Assembly (NCBI GenBank): GCA_965200565.1
Contig: OZ241349.1
Coordinates: forward strand, 485,724-549,723
Length of the DNA: 64,000 nt
Reading direction: 5' to 3'
Source: Tepidiformaceae bacterium
GTDB lineage: Bacteria > Chloroflexota > Dehalococcoidia > Tepidiformales > Tepidiformaceae
Shown here in pieces: positions 18,400-27,887 of this stretch (its first letter is position 1; each line of letters begins with the position of its first letter). Under the pieces are notes generated by a model. The model worked only from the letters and a program-made list of their open reading frames with translations. It did not search any database and was not told where the DNA came from. A program made the translations under genes and the position numbers.

Positions 18400-19836
18400 T
18401 CAGGGCACTGCGGGGTCGAATTCGTGCGCGATATGCCCCTCGGCGACGAGGCGCTCGTACTCCTCGTCGGAGACGCCCAGCAGTTCGCGGTAGACGTAGT
18501 CGTTGTCCTGGCCGAACGCGACGGGTGGGATACGGATGCCGCCATCATCACCACGGCCATCACTATCACTCGCAGAGGCGGGCAGGCGGTAGACTGGAGC
18601 GGGGTAGGAGTAGACGCCAACGTCATCCTCGAGCTCGCGGGGCTGGTAGAGGCCGCGGGCGCGCACGTGGGGCTCGGAGGTGACGCGCCAGGCGGGGAGG
18701 ACGGGGGCGGCGGGCACGCCTGCCGCCTGCAGCTGGTGGAAGAGCGCCTCGTCGTCGAAGGCGCGCGTCCACTCCGCGATGCGGGCGTCGCACAGGTCCT
18801 GGTTGGTGGCGCGGCCGGCGGCGGTGGCGAGGTCGGGGGCAGCGGCCCAGGCGGGGTCGCCCATGACGGCGCGAAGGGCGTCCCACTCGGCGTCGCTGGT
18901 GACGGTGATGGCGATCCAGCGGTCGACGCCTTCTCCCCCATCGGCATCCGGGAGGCACGGGTAGACGCCGGAAGGCGCGACGCCATCGGCGGCGTAGAGG
19001 GAGCGGTTGCCGCTGCTTTGCTGCACGGCCCCGTTGAGGGCGTAGTCGAGGTAGGCCTGGGCGAAGAGGCCCGTGGCGTTCTCAGCCTGGGCGAGCTCGA
19101 TGAACTGACCCTTGCCGGTGTTGTGTCGATGCCACAGGGCCATAAGCACGGCGAGCGCAATCTGCGTGCCACTGACGTAGTCGGCGGCGTAGATGGTCGA
19201 GTTCTCCGTTGGCGTACTGCCCTCGTAGCCGCGCAGCAGCTGGTGACCGATGACGCCCTCGATATGGGCGCCGAGCGTGCGGGCGCCGGCGTATTCGCCG
19301 GTAATGCCGTAGCCCGAGGCGCGCACGAAGGTGATGTCGTCGCGCTGTTCGCGCAACCACTCGTAGGTGATGCCGAGCTTCTCCATCGTGCCGACGGCGC
19401 TGTTCTCGATGACGGCGTCGGAGCAGGCGACGAGGCGACCGAAGAGGTCGCGCCCTTCGGGACGTCGCAGGTCCATGGTGACGCTGCGCTTGTTGCGATA
19501 CATGCCGACGAAGAGGGAGCAGTAGTTCCAGGAGCGGGCGCCCGGGTCCTCGCCGGGGTAGGTCATCGATGGGGGGTAGACCTTCGCTTCCTCGGGGGAG
19601 GGGCGGGCGCGGGGCCCGCGCGTGAGGGGCTGCCAGACGTACTGGTTCTCGACCTTGATCACCTCCGCCCCAAGGTCGGCGAGGATGACGGTGGAGAAGG
19701 CGCCCGCCCACACGCCCGTGAGGTCGAGGATGCGCACGCCTTCGAGGGGGAGAGGAACGCTCACGCGCGAACCGTACGCCTCACGTCCAGCGTTCGCGAG
19801 CCTGCTGCGCTGGCCGCTGCCCGTGCTGTTCGACAA
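18400..19836 (-). CDS. CaiB/BaiF family CoA-transferase (class III)
   Basis: N-terminal LEGVRILDLTGVWAGAFSTVILADLGAEVIKVE is the family signature. Confidence 0.85.
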   Translation of the reverse strand: MSNSTGSGQRSRLANAGREAYGSRVSVPLPLEGVRILDLTGVWAGAFSTVILADLGAEVIKVENQYVWQPLTRGPRARPSPEEAKVYPPSMTYPGEDPGARSWNYCSLFVGMYRNKRSVTMDLRRPEGRDLFGRLVACSDAVIENSAVGTMEKLGITYEWLREQRDDITFVRASGYGITGEYAGARTLGAHIEGVIGHQLLRGYEGSTPTENSTIYAADYVSGTQIALAVLMALWHRHNTGKGQFIELAQAENATGLFAQAYLDYALNGAVQQSSGNRSLYAADGVAPSGVYPCLPDADGGEGVDRWIAITVTSDAEWDALRAVMGDPAWAAAPDLATAAGRATNQDLCDARIAEWTRAFDDEALFHQLQAAGVPAAPVLPAWRVTSEPHVRARGLYQPRELEDDVGVYSYPAPVYRLPASASDSDGRGDDGGIRIPPVAFGQDNDYVYRELLGVSDEEYERLVAEGHIAHEFDPAVP

Positions 19837-19902
19837 AAGGGCGCAAAACGCCCACGATTGCTGTGTTACGCGACCCTTTCGCTGGTCGCGGCAGGAGCAG
19901 CC

Positions 19903-21036
19903 ATGAAGTTTGGGGTTTTCTTCGAGATATCAGTGCCACGTCCGTGGGGGCCGGAGACTGAGTACACGGTCTACCAGAACTGCCTGGAGCAGGCGCGGCT
20001 GGCGGATGAGCTTGGCTTCGACCAGGCGTGGGCCGTAGAGCACCACTTCCTCGAGGAGTACTCGCACTGCTCCGCTCCGGAGATCTTCCTCACGGCCATC
20101 GCGATGCAGACGAAGCGCATCCGCGTCGGTCACGGCATCGTCACGTGCGTCCCCGAGCTGAACAACCCGATTCGCTCAGCCGAGCGGGCTGCCGTGCTGG
20201 ACCTGGTCTCGGGCGGGCGGCTGGAGTTCGGGACGGGGCGCTCGGCCACGTGGACCGAGCTCGGTGGCTTCGGCGCGAATCCTGATGAGACAAAGAAAAC
20301 GTGGGACGAGTTCGTCCGCGTCATCCCGAAGATGTGGACGCAGGAACGCTTCAGTCATCAGGGGCGCGCCTTCTCGATGCCGGAGCGCACGATCCTGCCG
20401 AAGCCGTACCAGAAGCCGCATCCGCCCATGTGGGTGGCCGTGACGAGCGTGGGCACGGAGATCGACGCAGCCGATCGGGGTCTCGGCAGCCTGGGCCTCT
20501 CCTTCGGGGGCGTGGGCGAGCAGGCGAAGAAGATCGCGGGCTACCGCAAGCGCATCCAGTCGTGCGACCCCGTGGGCGAGTTCGTCAACGAGCAGGTGAA
20601 CACGGTCAGCTTCCTGTACTGCCATGAGGACGACGAGAAGGGCATCCGCACGGGACAGGGCATGGCGGGGACGTTCAACTACCTCTCCGAGCAGACGCTG
20701 GCGACGCGCCAGGCGTACCCGACGCCGTCGTACCTCTCGCCGGGGCTGCTCTACCAGCTGCGGCAGGAATCGACGAGCACACCCGAAGGCAGGGTGCCGG
20801 AGGGCCTCACCATCGGCGATCCGCATCGCGTGGCGCAGGCGGTGAAGCGCTGGGAGGAAGCGGGCGTGGACCGCATCAACTTCCTCCTGAACGTCGCCGA
20901 AATGGTGCCGCAGGAGGACGTGCTCGCTTCGATGCGCCTCTTCGCGAAGGAAGTGATGCCACAGTTCGCCGAGCCCGCAGGGACAGAAGCAGCAGCGTCG
21001 GAGCGCGCCGGGGCGACGGCCACAGGCGGCTCCTGA
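19903..21036 (+). CDS. LLM-class (luciferase-like) flavin-dependent oxidoreductase
   Basis: MKFGVFFEISVP...GFDQAWAVEHHF. Only the last 377 codons of the 989-aa track ORF are used. Confidence 0.85.
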   Translation: MKFGVFFEISVPRPWGPETEYTVYQNCLEQARLADELGFDQAWAVEHHFLEEYSHCSAPEIFLTAIAMQTKRIRVGHGIVTCVPELNNPIRSAERAAVLDLVSGGRLEFGTGRSATWTELGGFGANPDETKKTWDEFVRVIPKMWTQERFSHQGRAFSMPERTILPKPYQKPHPPMWVAVTSVGTEIDAADRGLGSLGLSFGGVGEQAKKIAGYRKRIQSCDPVGEFVNEQVNTVSFLYCHEDDEKGIRTGQGMAGTFNYLSEQTLATRQAYPTPSYLSPGLLYQLRQESTSTPEGRVPEGLTIGDPHRVAQAVKRWEEAGVDRINFLLNVAEMVPQEDVLASMRLFAKEVMPQFAEPAGTEAAASERAGATATGGS

Positions 21037-21037
21037 G

Positions 21038-21787
21038 ATGCCGCTCACGGGCACCCGGGACCTGAACGCAAGCGGCCTCGAGGCTGCGCCCCTGCTCACA
21101 TCGCTCGAGACGGAGGTGTGGGAGCTGAAGGGGGCGCAGCACCTGCAGCTTCACTACGAGCTGGGCACGGAGAGCCGCACCGCGATGCTGCCACCCGCCC
21201 TGCACCCCAGCATCCCACCGACGCTGCTGCTCAACGTGACGTCCGTGCCCGACAGCGAGGTAGGGGCGTTCACGCTGGCGACGGTGCGTGTGGGCTGCCG
21301 ATCGGGGGCGCGTCCGCGCGGCCTGCTCCTGCACGGCTACTGCGATTCTCCGGCTGCGATCAGCGTGTTGCGCGAGCGCTGGGGCTTTCCCCTCGACCTC
21401 GCAGACGTGACCTTCCAGCCGGGCTACGCGCGTGCCGCCTGCAGCGTCAGCGTCGCGGGCGAGTGTGTGCTCGACAGCGAGCTGATCGACCCGCAGCCCA
21501 TCACGGGCGCAGACGTGCAGTACATGGCTACGCTCAACCTCGCACGGGTGACCCGGGACGGCGAAGAGACAGTGCTGGTGCAGGTCGACCCTGACTACAC
21601 GTTCGATCGCGCGCAGCGGGGGCGCCCGCGCCTGAACGCATTCGTGGGGGAGGCGTGGGGCCTGCCTGGGGCGCGCGCCTCGCACCCCATCTCCGGCTCA
21701 CTGACGACGGTCGACATCACGCTGCCGCGCCTGCGCTACCTGGTACACCCCGATCGCGAGCCGCTGAAGGCGGTCGAGCGTCTGTAG
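21038..21787 (+). CDS. hypothetical protein, possibly acetoacetate-decarboxylase-like fold
   Basis: 249 aa. Starts 2 nt after the LLM stop, so probably one operon. The family guess comes from overall sequence feel only. Confidence 0.4.
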   Translation: MPLTGTRDLNASGLEAAPLLTSLETEVWELKGAQHLQLHYELGTESRTAMLPPALHPSIPPTLLLNVTSVPDSEVGAFTLATVRVGCRSGARPRGLLLHGYCDSPAAISVLRERWGFPLDLADVTFQPGYARAACSVSVAGECVLDSELIDPQPITGADVQYMATLNLARVTRDGEETVLVQVDPDYTFDRAQRGRPRLNAFVGEAWGLPGARASHPISGSLTTVDITLPRLRYLVHPDREPLKAVERL

Positions 21788-21800
21788 GGCTGGGGTCCGG

Positions 21801-22195
21801 TCAGGACTCGAGGTTCTGGTAGCCGTTTCCGCGCAAACCCACAAGCAGGAGTTCCGGGGGCGGTACGAGTTTTCTGTTGGTCGTATCGGGGATGAGGGCG
21901 AACTCTTCGAGCGTCACTGCTCCCAGGAGAAAGCTCCCTCTTCGCCGAAGGTGACGGTCGATACGCGCTCTCTACCACCAATCCTGAATCGAGCGAGACC
22001 AAGGCCGTAGGCCTGAACACTGCCATCAGCGAGCGAGAAGTGCTGTTCCTCAACAGGCGATATGCCAAGGTTCTCCAGGAAAGACGCAGGGAAAACCGAG
22101 AAGGTCGCACCGGTATCGACCAATGGCTCCACCGGCGTGAACTGCGGCTCACCGGCGGTGTTCGCTACCTCAACCGTGACACGGAATGAGCCCAC
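21801..22195 (-). pseudogene. retropepsin-like (clan AA) aspartic protease, copy 1, frameshifted near its C-terminus
   Basis: SD (AGAGGGG) plus GTG at 22195. Translation MGSFRVTVEVANTAGEPQFTPVEPLVDTGATFSVFP. The frame stops at 21914, but the homologous C-terminus (LLGAVTLEEFALIPDTT...) continues in another frame to the TGA at 21801. Confidence 0.6.
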
Positions 22196-22211
22196 GGCTC
22201 GCCCCTCTCGC

Positions 22212-22597
22212 CTACGCGTCAATACCGACGGCGCACGTGCCCACCATCGGCAGTGGCGTTTGCTCCACGAATCTCTGGTGAGTCGTGTCGGGAACCAGCG
22301 CAAACACCGCAAGGGTCACCCTTCCCAAGCGGAACGCCCGCTCTTCACCGAACACGACGGGCGTCGTGAGCTCCACCTCGGCGATCCTGAATCGCGCTTC
22401 CCCAACACCGTATTCTCGCGTGCTGCCATCGGGGAGCGTGAATTGCTGCTCTTCAGTGGGCGATAAGCCAAGGTCCGCCAGGAAAGACGCTGGCAATACC
22501 GAGAACGTCACTCCTGTGTCCACGAGCATCTCGACCGGGTGAACTGCGGTTCGCCGGCGGTGTTCGCTACTTCGACCGTGACGCGGAATGAGCCCAC
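22212..22597 (-). pseudogene. retropepsin-like (clan AA) aspartic protease, copy 2, frameshifted near its N-terminus
   Basis: SD (AAGGGGG) plus GTG at 22597. Translation MGSFRVTVEVANTAGEPQFT, then 1 nt is missing relative to copy 1 (ttcacg-ccg versus ttcac-ccg). The DTG core (PVEMLVDTGVTFSVLP) and the full C-terminus follow in another frame. Confidence 0.6.
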
Positions 22598-22657
22598 GAC
22601 TCGCCCCCTTGATGGGTAGCGACAATGGTAGCAGCTATGCCCTGAGGGCCGCCAGCG

Positions 22658-23407
22658 CTAGCGGCGGCCGAAGAGCTTGGAGCCGATCCAGCGGATGGGG
22701 TCGAAGTAGCGGTCGGCGACGCGCTCCTTGAGGGGGATGATGGCGTTGTCGGTGATGTGGATCTCTTCGGGGCAGACTTCCGTGCAGCACTTGGTGATGT
22801 TGCAGTAGCCCACGCCGGCATCCTGGCGTGCCAATTCGAGGCGGTCCTCGGTATCGAGCGGGTGCATCTCGAGCTCGGCGAGGCGGACGAAGAAACGGGG
22901 GCCGGCGAAGTCGGGCTTGTTCTCGGGATGGTCACGGATGACGTGGCAGACGTTCTGGCAGAGGAAGCACTCGATGCACTTGCGGAATTCCTGCCCGCGC
23001 TCGACGTCTTCCTGCATCATGCGGTGGGTGCCGTCAGCCTCGCGCTCACGCGGGGCGAAGGCGGGGATGGTCTTCGCGACTTCGTAGTTGAAGGAGACGT
23101 CCGTGACGAGGTCGCGGATGAGGGGCCATGTCTTCATGGGGGCGACGGTGATCTGCTCGTCGGGCTCGAAGAGGTTCATGCGCGTCATGCACATGAGGCG
23201 GGGCTCACCGTTGATTTCGGCGCTGCAGGAGCCGCACTTGCCGGCCTTGCAGTTCCAGCGGACGGCGAGGTCGGGCGCATGGGTGGCCTGGATGGTGTGG
23301 ATCACGTCGAGGACGACCTGGCCCTCTTCCATCTCGACTTCGTAGTCCTGCCAGTCGCCGCTTTCGGCGTCGCCGCGGAATACGCGCATTCGGGCTGTCT
23401 GGGTCAT
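22658..23407 (-). CDS. sdhB: succinate dehydrogenase/fumarate reductase iron-sulfur subunit
   Basis: 2Fe-2S (CKAGKCGSCSAEING), 4Fe-4S (CIECFLCQNVC) and 3Fe-4S (CNITKCCTEVCP) Cys clusters. Start called at ATG 23407. Confidence 0.9.
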   Translation of the reverse strand: MTQTARMRVFRGDAESGDWQDYEVEMEEGQVVLDVIHTIQATHAPDLAVRWNCKAGKCGSCSAEINGEPRLMCMTRMNLFEPDEQITVAPMKTWPLIRDLVTDVSFNYEVAKTIPAFAPREREADGTHRMMQEDVERGQEFRKCIECFLCQNVCHVIRDHPENKPDFAGPRFFVRLAELEMHPLDTEDRLELARQDAGVGYCNITKCCTEVCPEEIHITDNAIIPLKERVADRYFDPIRWIGSKLFGRR

Positions 23408-23411
23408 CTGC

Positions 23412-25202
23412 TTACTCCTCGAACAGCCGCTGCAGTTCGGCGGGCATCTGTGGCAGGGGCGCGGTCTCGACCTCCATCTCCCCGTTGGCGCCCTGGCGGA
23501 CGACGACGTTCTTCGTGCCCCACTCATCGTCGGGGCCCGGGTAGTCGTCGCGGGTGTGGCCGCCACGACTCTCCTGACGGACGTTGGCCGCGCGTGCGGT
23601 CGCTTCCGAGACGGTCAGCAAGGCCTGGAGGTCCAGGGCCAGGTGCCAGCCCGGGTTGTACTGCCGGTGGCCGTAGACGCTCACGCTTTCGGCGCGCTGC
23701 TTGAGCGCATCGACGCGCTCGCGCGCTTCGAGCAGCTCCGACTCGGTGCGGATGATGCCGACGAGCGTGTGCATCGTCTCCTGCAGGTCGCGCTGGATGT
23801 CGTAGGGGCCTTCGCCGCCGTCTCGCTCGAAGGGGGCGCGCATCTCCGCGACAATCTCTTCGATCTGTGCGTCGTCGGCCTCCGGGGCGGAGGCGTTGGC
23901 GGCGTCCTCAACGGCGCCCAGGCCGGCGCGCCGCCCAAAGACGACGAGGTCGGAGAGGGAGTTGCCGCCGAGGCGGTTGGCGCCGTGCATGCCGCCCGCG
24001 CACTCGCCTGCCGCGTAGAGCCCGGGCACGGTGGTCGCGCCGGTATCGGCGTCGACGCGGATGCCGCCCATGATGTAGTGCATCGTGGGGCCGACTTCCA
24101 TCGCCTGCGAGGTGATGTCGACGTCGGCGAGCTGCTTGAACTGGTGATACATGCTGGGCAGGCGGCGGCGGATGTATTCGGTCGAGCGCCGTGTGGCGAT
24201 ATCGAGGAAGACGCCGCCGTGGGGGCTGCCGCGTCCTGCCTTGACCTCGGCGTTGATGGCGCGCGCCACCTCGTCGCGGGGGAGGAGGTCGGGGGTGCGG
24301 CGGTTGTTGACCTTGTCTTCGTACCAGGCGTCGGCTTCGTCGATGGAGTCGGCGGTCTCGGCGGCGAAGAAGTCGGGGATGTAGTTGAACATGAAGCGTT
24401 CGCCGTCGCTGTTGCGCAGCGTGCCGCCGTCGCCGCGCACACCCTCGGTGACGAGGATGCCGCGCACGCTCGGAGGCCAGACCATGCCCGTGGGATGGAA
24501 CTGGATGCACTCCATATCGATGAGCTCGGCGCCGGCCCAGTAGGCGAGCGCGTGGCCGTCGCCGGTGTACTCCCAGGAGTTGGAGGTGACGGCGAAAGCC
24601 TTGCCTGTGCCACCCGTCGCGAGGACGACCGACTTCGCGTTGAAGACAAGCAGATTGCCGCTCTCACGCCAGTAGGCGACAGCGCCGGAGACGCGGTCGC
24701 CGTCCTTGAGCAGGCGCGAGACGGTGCACTCCATGAAGACGTCGATGCCCTTATGCACGGCGTGCTGCTGGAGCGTGCGAATCAGCTCCAGGCCGGTGCG
24801 GTCACCGACGTGGGCGAGACGGGCGTAGCGGTGGCCGCCGAAGTCGCGCTGGAGGATGCGGCCGTCGTCGGTGCGGTCGAAGAGGGCGCCCCACTCTTCG
24901 AGCTCGTTCACACGGTCGGGCGCTTCCTGGGCATGGAGCTGGGCCATGCGCCAGTTGTTGAGCATCTTGCCGCCGCGCATGGTGTCGCGGAAATGCACTT
25001 CCCAGTTGTCCTGGGGCCAGACGTTGCCGAGTGCGGCGGCGATGCCGCCTTCGGCCATAACGGTGTGCGCCTTGCCCAGCAGCGACTTGCAGATGAGGGC
25101 GGTGCGAGCGCCCTGCGCTGAGGCTTCGATGGCGGCGCGCAGGCCCGCCCCGCCGGCTCCGATGACGATGACGTCGTAGTCGTGGCGTTCGTACTCAACC
25201 AT
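23412..25202 (-). CDS. sdhA: succinate dehydrogenase/fumarate reductase flavoprotein subunit
   Basis: FAD motif VIVIGAGGAGLRAA, plus HTVMAEGG and HPTG segments. Confidence 0.95.
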   Translation of the reverse strand: MVEYERHDYDVIVIGAGGAGLRAAIEASAQGARTALICKSLLGKAHTVMAEGGIAAALGNVWPQDNWEVHFRDTMRGGKMLNNWRMAQLHAQEAPDRVNELEEWGALFDRTDDGRILQRDFGGHRYARLAHVGDRTGLELIRTLQQHAVHKGIDVFMECTVSRLLKDGDRVSGAVAYWRESGNLLVFNAKSVVLATGGTGKAFAVTSNSWEYTGDGHALAYWAGAELIDMECIQFHPTGMVWPPSVRGILVTEGVRGDGGTLRNSDGERFMFNYIPDFFAAETADSIDEADAWYEDKVNNRRTPDLLPRDEVARAINAEVKAGRGSPHGGVFLDIATRRSTEYIRRRLPSMYHQFKQLADVDITSQAMEVGPTMHYIMGGIRVDADTGATTVPGLYAAGECAGGMHGANRLGGNSLSDLVVFGRRAGLGAVEDAANASAPEADDAQIEEIVAEMRAPFERDGGEGPYDIQRDLQETMHTLVGIIRTESELLEARERVDALKQRAESVSVYGHRQYNPGWHLALDLQALLTVSEATARAANVRQESRGGHTRDDYPGPDDEWGTKNVVVRQGANGEMEVETAPLPQMPAELQRLFEE

Positions 25203-25205
25203 CGG

Positions 25206-26114
25206 CTAGAAGGCGCTCCAGGTGTTGGGGTCGGTCATGTGGCCACTCGCAACGAGGCGGATGTAGAGGTCGACCGTGACGATGACGATAAGGCTGGACC
25301 AGGCCCAGAAGCGGTGGTTTTCGTTCCAGTCCGTGACGTAGTCCCAGGCACGCTTGCGGGCGCGCGTCCAGCGGGAGCAGCTGAAGCAGTTGAGCCCGCC
25401 ACCGATGAAGTGCCGCAGGGAGTGACAGGAGAAGGTGTACATCATCAGCAGGAAGGCGTTGAGGATGAGGAGGGCGGAGCCGATGCCGAAGCCCCAGCCT
25501 TCGCCGGGGACGTGGAGGCTGCTGATGGCGCCGATCCAGAGCAGGGGAACGAACACGAGGGCCACGTACATCACGTAGCGGTGCAGGTTCTGCATGATGA
25601 GGGGGAAGCGCGCCTCGCCCTTGTAGGTTGGCCCCACATCACCCACCGCACAGGCGGGCGGGCTGAGGAAGTAGGAGCGGTAGTAGGCGCGCCGGTAGTA
25701 GTAGCACGTGGCGCGGAAGGGCACCGGCCCGACCAGCACGATGAAGGCCGGCGAGAGATACCACGCGCCTTCCCAGTCCGCATTGATACGCGTGAGCCAG
25801 GTAGGCTCGAAGACCGGGCTGATGAGGTGCGTTTTCACGTCGATGCCATCGATCATGCCCGTGACGCGGTAATCGCCGATGGGACCAAAGTCCATGATGA
25901 TCGAGACAGTGAGCCAGCCGAAGAAGAGCGAAAGGCTGGCGAAGACCAGGGCGGGTTCCAACCACCAGCGGTCTTCCCTGAGCGTTGTCAGAAATCCGCG
26001 GCGCAAGGGCACTGCGACGGCCTGAGCCATAGTTCCGATTACCCCCGAAAGAAGCGGCCGAAGGGCCTTAGGGATACTAGCGCCGCCCTCGATAGCAGGC
26101 AATGCGTCGCCCAT
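25206..26114 (-). CDS. putative succinate dehydrogenase membrane-anchor subunit (single large multi-TM subunit)
   Basis: Directly upstream of sdhA. Several hydrophobic helices and a C-terminal Cys-containing segment. The alternative start ATG 26030 is equally plausible. Confidence 0.55.
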   Translation of the reverse strand: MGDALPAIEGGASIPKALRPLLSGVIGTMAQAVAVPLRRGFLTTLREDRWWLEPALVFASLSLFFGWLTVSIIMDFGPIGDYRVTGMIDGIDVKTHLISPVFEPTWLTRINADWEGAWYLSPAFIVLVGPVPFRATCYYYRRAYYRSYFLSPPACAVGDVGPTYKGEARFPLIMQNLHRYVMYVALVFVPLLWIGAISSLHVPGEGWGFGIGSALLILNAFLLMMYTFSCHSLRHFIGGGLNCFSCSRWTRARKRAWDYVTDWNENHRFWAWSSLIVIVTVDLYIRLVASGHMTDPNTWSAF

Positions 26115-26210
26115 TCACCGTTCACCACCCACCGTCGGGCGGGCTCGCTGACGATTACGCTCGTTGACGATGGCCGAAGGCGCGTGCTACGAAGCAGCAA
26201 GGAGTCAGGC

Positions 26211-27437
26211 ATGACCGCAACCGCAGACCTCAACCCCTACAACGCCGACGTCATCGAGTGCCCATACCCGATGTACGAGCGCATGCGCGATGAAGGCGTG
26301 TACTACCTCGAGTCGGAAGACGTCTGGCTGGTGACGCGCTGGGAAGACGTGCAGTTCGTGCTGAAGCGGTCGGACCTGTTCTCGAACCTCTCAGGGCTCG
26401 ATCCGCACGGCCTTCCGCCGGAGCAGCTGCAGCTCGCACGCGAGACCGGCGCCTTGCCAGGCAGCGACCCGCCCGAGCACACGCACTACCGTCGGCTGGC
26501 CGGCCCCTGGCTCTCGATGCGCGGCATCGAGACGTTCGAGCCGAACGTCGTCCGCGTCATCGATGGGCTCATCGACCGCTTCATCGACGATGGAGAAGTG
26601 GAGCTGGCGAGCCAGTTCTCGACGCCGCTGACGGTGCTCGTCTTCGTCGAACTCATGGGCATCGTCGATGAGGACATCCCCCGCGTGACGAGCTGGGTGG
26701 ATGATACGATCGAGATGATGGGGGCGTCGTTCGGACTGGTGGAGCAGGAGCGCCTCGCCGAGCTGATGATGAGCGGCGAAGCGTTCCGGGACTACCTGCT
26801 GGCGTTGGCGGAAGAGCGTCGCAACAACCCGCGCGACGACATGCTCACCCACCTCGTAACGGCTCCCATGGCGGGCTTCGGGGGGCGAACGCTGCACGAG
26901 CAGGAGCTCCAGGGGATGCTCGTGACGCTCCTGATGGGCGGCACCGAGACGACGCTGAACATGGTCGACAGCGGCATGTGGCTGCTGCTGGAGCACCCCG
27001 AGCTGCTGGCCGAGCTGCGTGCGGACCACTCGCTCATCCCCAACTTCGTGGAGGAGGCGCTGCGCATCGAGTCGCCTGTCCAGCAGTTGCAGCGGCGGGC
27101 CATCGTCGACACCGAGGTCGGGGGCGTGGCCATCCCGGCGGGGGCGCGCCTCTCCGTGTTCTACGCCGCCGCCAACCGCGACCCCTCCCACTGGGACGCA
27201 CCCGACACCTTCGACATCCACCGCGACGAGGCGAAGCGACACGTCGGCTTCGGCGCAGGCGTGCACTACTGCATCGGGGCGCCACTGGCGCGCATGGAAG
27301 GCCGCATCGCCTTCGAACGCCTGCTCACGCGGCTGACGAACATCCGCTACAGCCCGGAGAAGAACGACTTCCGCCACGGACCGAATCACGTCATCCGCGG
27401 CTTCCGCGAGCTGTGGCTGGAGTTTGAGAAGGCGTAG
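26211..27437 (+). CDS. cytochrome P450
   Basis: AAGGAG SD plus ATG at 26211. I-helix GGTETT, ExxR (EALRIESP) and the heme-Cys loop FGAGVHYCIGAPLA. Confidence 0.9.
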   Translation: MTATADLNPYNADVIECPYPMYERMRDEGVYYLESEDVWLVTRWEDVQFVLKRSDLFSNLSGLDPHGLPPEQLQLARETGALPGSDPPEHTHYRRLAGPWLSMRGIETFEPNVVRVIDGLIDRFIDDGEVELASQFSTPLTVLVFVELMGIVDEDIPRVTSWVDDTIEMMGASFGLVEQERLAELMMSGEAFRDYLLALAEERRNNPRDDMLTHLVTAPMAGFGGRTLHEQELQGMLVTLLMGGTETTLNMVDSGMWLLLEHPELLAELRADHSLIPNFVEEALRIESPVQQLQRRAIVDTEVGGVAIPAGARLSVFYAAANRDPSHWDAPDTFDIHRDEAKRHVGFGAGVHYCIGAPLARMEGRIAFERLLTRLTNIRYSPEKNDFRHGPNHVIRGFRELWLEFEKA

Positions 27438-27448
27438 GGAGCGTAGGG

Positions 27449-27604
27449 ATGGACTGCGAAGCCACTCGCAAGCAAGCGGACATCCAGCGCCTTCGCGCCC
27501 TGCTGCTCGAGGGCATCGAATCGCCCAAGACCACCGTTGCCGATACCGCCTTCTTTGAAGAGGTCCATGCACGTATTCGTGAAGCCGACGAGAAGGAATC
27601 GTAG
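27449..27604 (+). pseudogene. remnant of a second parD antitoxin gene (C-terminal half only)
   Basis: A 51-codon ORF too short for the track: MDCEATRKQADIQRLRALLLEGIESPKTTVADTAFFEEVHARIREADEKES. It aligns with residues 35-78 of the downstream ParD (...KEADVQHLRALLLEGAASPMSTVADAAFFEEVRAHIRQAGE). The ribbon-helix-helix N-terminus is missing. Confidence 0.55.
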
Positions 27605-27650
27605 GGCTCGGATTTCTTGCCAATTCTTGCCGAAGGGATACACTCACTCC

Positions 27651-27887
27651 ATGAGCACGATGAACGTCTCGCTGCCTGACGACCTCAAGGCCTTTGTGGA
27701 TGAGCAGGTCAGCACCTGCGGGTACGACTCATCGAGCGAGTACCTGTGCGAGCTCATCCGCAAGGAAGCCGATGTGCAGCACCTGCGTGCCCTACTGCTC
27801 GAGGGGGCTGCCTCGCCAATGAGCACGGTTGCCGATGCCGCGTTCTTTGAAGAGGTCCGTGCACACATTCGTCAAGCCGGCGAGTAG
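27651..27887 (+). CDS. parD: type II antitoxin, ParD/CopG ribbon-helix-helix family
   Basis: MSTMNVSLPDDLKAFVDEQV... RHH strand and helix. Start called at ATG 27651. The stop overlaps the parE GTG. Confidence 0.8.
   Translation: MSTMNVSLPDDLKAFVDEQVSTCGYDSSSEYLCELIRKEADVQHLRALLLEGAASPMSTVADAAFFEEVRAHIRQAGE

Noticed and set aside
18067-21036. 989-aa ORF suggesting a giant fusion protein
   Set aside because: Only the last 377 codons (from ATG 19903, MKFGVFFEISVP...) look like a real LLM-class oxidoreductase. The upstream part is antisense to the CoA-transferase and aquaporin genes.
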